This document shows, piece by piece, positions 61,001-64,000 of a DNA stretch of 64,000 nt (position 1 is its first letter; each line of letters starts with the position of its first letter). Where the stretch lies: assembly GCA_009914755.4 (NCBI GenBank), contig CP086569.2, forward strand, positions 20,960,001-21,024,000, in the 5' to 3' direction. Position numbers and translations under genes: made by a program. The notes under the pieces were generated by a model. That model made no database searches. It was not told where the DNA came from and saw only the letters and a list, made by a program, of their open reading frames with translations. The DNA comes from the human T2T-CHM13v2.0 reference genome, Homo sapiens.

Positions 61001-64000
61001 AGCTGCAGACCTTTACGGTGAGTTTTACAGCATATAAAGGTGTTATGTCCAGAGATTTTTCCTTCAGATGTGTCCAGAGTTTCTTCCTTCTGGCAGGTTC
61101 ATGGTCTTGCTCACTTCAAGAATGAAGCTGCAGACCTTAGTGGTGAGCGTTACAGCACTTACGTTTTTATGTCCAGAGTTTGTTCCTTCAGATGTGTCCA
61201 GAGTTTCTTCCTTCTGGCAGGTTCATGGTCTTGCTGACCACAAGAATGAATCTGCAGACCTTTACGGTGAGTGTTACAGGATTTAAAGGTGTTATGTCCA
61301 GAGTTTGCTCCTTCAGGTGTGTCCAGAATTTCTACCTTCTGGCAGGTTTATGGTCTTGCTCACTTCAAGAATGAAGCTGCAGACCATCACGGTGAGTGTT
61401 ACAGCACTTAAAGGTGTTATATCCAGAGTTTGTTCCTTCAGATGTATCCAGAGTTTCTTTCTTCTGGCAGGTTCATGGACTAGCTCACTTCAAGAATGAA
61501 GCTCCAGACCTTTACGGTGAGTTTTACGTCACTTAAAGGTGTTATGTCCAGAGATTGTTCCTTCAGTTGTGTCCAGAGTTACTTCCTTCTAGCAGGTTCA
61601 TGGTCTTGCTCACTTCAAGAATGAAACTGCAGACCTTTACGGTGAGTGTTACAGCAGTTAAAGGTATTGTGTCCAGAGTTTGTTTCTTCAGATGTGTCCA
61701 GAGTTTCTTCCTTCTGGCAGGTTCATGGTCTTGCTACCTTCCAGAATGAAGCTGCAGACATTTAAGGTAAGTGTTACAGCACTTAAAGGTGTTATGTCCA
61801 GAGTTTGTTCCTTCAGATGTGTCCAGAGTTTCTTCCTTCTGGCAGGTTCATGGTCTTGCTCACTTCAAGAACGAAACTGCAGACCATTACGGTGAGTGTT
61901 ACAGCACTTAAAGGTGTTATGTCCAGAGTTTGTTCCTTCAGATGTGTCCAGTTTGTTCCTTCTGGCAGGTTCATGGTCTTGCTCACTTCAAGAATGAAAC
62001 TGTACACCTTTACAGTGAGTGTTACAGCACTGAAAGATGTTATGTCCAGAGTTTGTTCCTTCAGATGTGTCCAGAGTTTCTTCCATCTGGCAGGTTCATG
62101 GTCTTGCTCGCTTCAAGAATGAAGCTGCAGACCTTAGTGGTGAGTGTTACAGCACTTAAAGGTGTTGTGTCCAGATTTTTTTCCTTCAGATGTGTCCAGA
62201 GTTTCTTCCATCTGGCAGGTTCATGGTCTTGCTCACTTCAAGAGTGAAGCTGCAGAATTCCGTGGTGACTGTTACAGCACTTAAAGGTGTTATGTCCAGA
62301 GTTTGTTCCTTCAGATGTGTCCAGATATTCTTCCTTCTGGCAGGTTCATGGTGTTCCTCACTTCAACAAGGAATGAAACTGCAGACCTTTACGGTGAGTG
62401 TTACAGCATATAAAGATGTTATGTCTAGAGTTTCGTCCTTCAGACGTGTCCAGAGTTTCTTCCTTCGGGCAGGTTCATGGTCTTGCTCACTTCAAGAATG
62501 AAGCTGCAGAACTTTACGGTGAGTGTTACAGCATTTAAAGGTGTTATGTCGTGTTTGTTCCTTCAGATGTGTCCAGAGTTTCTTGCTTCTGGCAGGTTCA
62601 TGGTCTTGCTCACTTCAAGAATGAAGCTGCAGACCTAGGTGTCAGTGTTACAGCACTTAAAGGTGTTTTGTCCAGAGTTTTTTCCGTCAGATATGTCTAG
62701 TGTTTCTTTCTTCTGGCAGGTTCATGGTCTTGCTCACTTCAAGAATGAAGCTGCAGACCTTAGTTCTGAGTGTTACAGCACTTAAAGTTGTTATGTCCAG
62801 AGTTTGTTCGTTCAGATGTGTCCAGAGTTAATTCAATCTGGCAGGTTCATGGTCTTGCTCACTTCAAGAATGATGCTGCAGACCTTTACGTTGAGTGTTA
62901 CAACACTTAAAGGTGTTATATCCAGAGTTTGTTCCTTCAGATGTGTCCAGAGTTTCTTTCTTCTGACAGGTTCATGGTCTTGCTCACTTCAAGAAAGAAT
63001 GAAGCTGCACACCTTTACTGTGAGTGTTACAGCATAGAAAGGTGTTATATCGAGAGTTTGGTCCTTCAGATGTGTCCAGAGTTTCTTCCTTCGGGCAGGT
63101 TCATGGTCTTGCTCAATACAAGAATGAAGCTGCAGACCTTGGTGTTGAGTGTTACAACACTTAAAGGTGTTATGTCCAGAGTTTGTTCCATCAGATTTGC
63201 ATAGAGTTTCTTCCTTATGGCAGGTTCATGGTCTTGCTCACTTCAAGAATGAAGCTGCAGATCATTACGGTGAGTGTTACAGCACTTAAAGGTGTTATAT
63301 CCAGAGTTTGTTCCTTCAGATGTGTCCAGAGTTTCTTTCTTCTGGCAGGTTCATGGACTAGCTCACTTCAAGAATGAAGCTCCAGACTTTTACGGTGAGT
63401 TTTAAGTCACTTAAAGGTGTTATGTCCAGAGTTTGTTCCTTCAGTTCTGTCCAGAGTTTCTTCCTTCTGGCAGGTTCATGGTCTTGCTCACTTCAAGAAT
63501 GACACTGCAGACCTTTACGGTGAGTGTTACAGCACTTAAAGGTATTATGTCCAGAGTTTGTTCCTTCAGATGTGTCCAGAGTTTCTTTCTTCTGGCAGGT
63601 TCATGGTTTTGCTCACTTCAATAATGAATCTCCAGTCCTTTACGGTGAGTGTTACAGCACTTAATGGTGTTATGTCCAGAGTTTATTCCTTCAGATGTGT
63701 CCAGAGTTTCTTCCTTCTGGCAGGTTCATGGTCTTGCTCACTTCAAGAATGAAGCTGCAGACCTTAGTGGAGAGTGTTACAGCACTTAAAGGTGTTATGT
63801 AAAGAGTTTGTTCCTTCAGATGTGTCCAAAGTTTCTTCAATCTGGCAGGTTCATGGTCTTTCTCACTTCAAGAGTGAAGCTGCAGAATTTAGTGGTGAGT
63901 GTTACAGCACTTAAAGGTGTTATGTCCAGAGTTTGTTACTTCAGATTTGTCCAGATATTCTTCCTTCTGGCAGGTTCATGGTCTTGCTCACTTCAAGAAA
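52000..64000 (+). repeat. Array domain 4: a ~3.39-kb HOR (27 monomers) marked by adjacent pairs of long-variant monomers, plus partial copies
   Basis: Paired insertion-variant monomers lie at 52708+52838, 56098+56226, 59486+59614 and 60862+60990, giving intervals of 3390, 3388 and 1376. Matching translations occur at 52520/~55911/59294 and 52645/55923-56363/59294-59746, and at 53152→58547 and 53277→58670 (~5.39 kb). Confidence 0.6.

Larger units (their letters stand above)
1211..64000 (+). repeat. Tandem satellite array of a 125-bp monomer (about 500 units), LTR12-derived and DYZ19-like; it extends beyond the 3' end of the window
   Basis: Strict head-to-tail 125-bp periodicity is visible throughout (for example ...ggttcatggtcttgctcacttcaagaatgaagctgcagacc... 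recurs every 125 nt; ORF-track starts step by 125). No unique sequence interrupts the array. The monomer is homologous to the LTR12 U3 repeats. The orientation given is that of the LTR12 sense strand. Confidence 0.93.

Noticed and set aside
13422-61900. Minus-strand ORFs (13422..13616, 16723..16929, 20985..21191, 55311..55532, 61813..62007) as antisense genes
   Set aside because: They are repeats of one another at HOR offsets (for example 16723 vs 20985 at 4262 bp), lie wholly within satellite monomers, are short, and show no homology cues.
1280-63752. Tandem-repeat protein gene encoding reiterated MCPEFLPSGRFMVLLTSRMKLQT... peptides
   Set aside because: Each putative ORF terminates after ~64 codons at a monomer-encoded stop. 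Successive ORFs sit in different frames because 125 is not divisible by 3. The longer ORFs coincide exactly with indel monomers, and the starts are often TTG. This is a periodicity artefact.
1211-64000. Possible CRISPR array (a very regular short direct repeat)
   Set aside because: The units are contiguous 125-bp monomers with no unique spacers between them. The flanks are Alu and L1, which is eukaryotic and primate context. The unit is far longer than a CRISPR repeat, no cas-like ORFs occur, and the regularity is that of satellite DNA.
1211-64000. A novel multi-gene biological system (defence island, operon or biosynthetic cluster)
   Set aside because: There are no distinct genes, no promoters or RBS, and no intergenic structure. 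All 62.8 kb is one satellite family. The novelty, if any, lies in the repeat architecture and not in a gene system.

Overview
This window looks like human (primate) heterochromatic DNA, not a gene-bearing or prokaryotic accessory region. The first ~1.2 kb holds interspersed repeats: two antisense LINE-1 fragments (1-172 and 957-1210) and one full-length Alu (553-876, minus strand) flanked by a ~15-bp target-site duplication (TSD) beginning CATAGAGGC. From position 1211 to the end of the window (about 62.8 kb, roughly 500 units) the sequence is an uninterrupted head-to-tail array of a 125-bp satellite monomer. The consensus monomer is GGTTCATGGTCTTGCTCACTTCAAGAATGAAGCTGCAGACCTTTACGGTGAGTGTTACAGCACTTAAAGGTGTTATGTCCAGAGTTTGTTCCTTCAGATGTGTCCAGAGTTTCTTCCTTCTGGCA. 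The monomer is clearly homologous to the U3 tandem-repeat region of LTR12 (the HERV9 LTR). The first, degenerate unit at the array edge (1211-1340) is even closer to LTR12. The 125-bp period and LTR12 ancestry match what I recall of the Y-chromosome DYZ19 satellite. That locus assignment comes from memory only, because I cannot run a search. The array is not homogeneous. It has at least four domains, with nested higher-order repeats (HORs) of about 0.63, 1.0, 1.25, 1.63, 2.4-3.5, 3.0, 3.39 and 4.26 kb. Diagnostic 129/131-bp monomers carry 4- or 6-bp insertions, and 123-bp monomers carry a 2-bp deletion. Two monomer alleles are interspersed: TTTACGG, which keeps the only CpG, and TTAGTGG, which has lost it. 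Several kb-scale tandem duplications are near-identical and look very recent. Every ORF in the supplied six-frame track is a periodicity artefact: 125 is not a multiple of 3, an in-frame TGA or TAA recurs about every 64 codons, and the track treats TTG as a start. I find no credible protein-coding gene, RNA gene, CRISPR array or novel multi-gene system in this window. The interesting biology here is the internal architecture and origin of the satellite.
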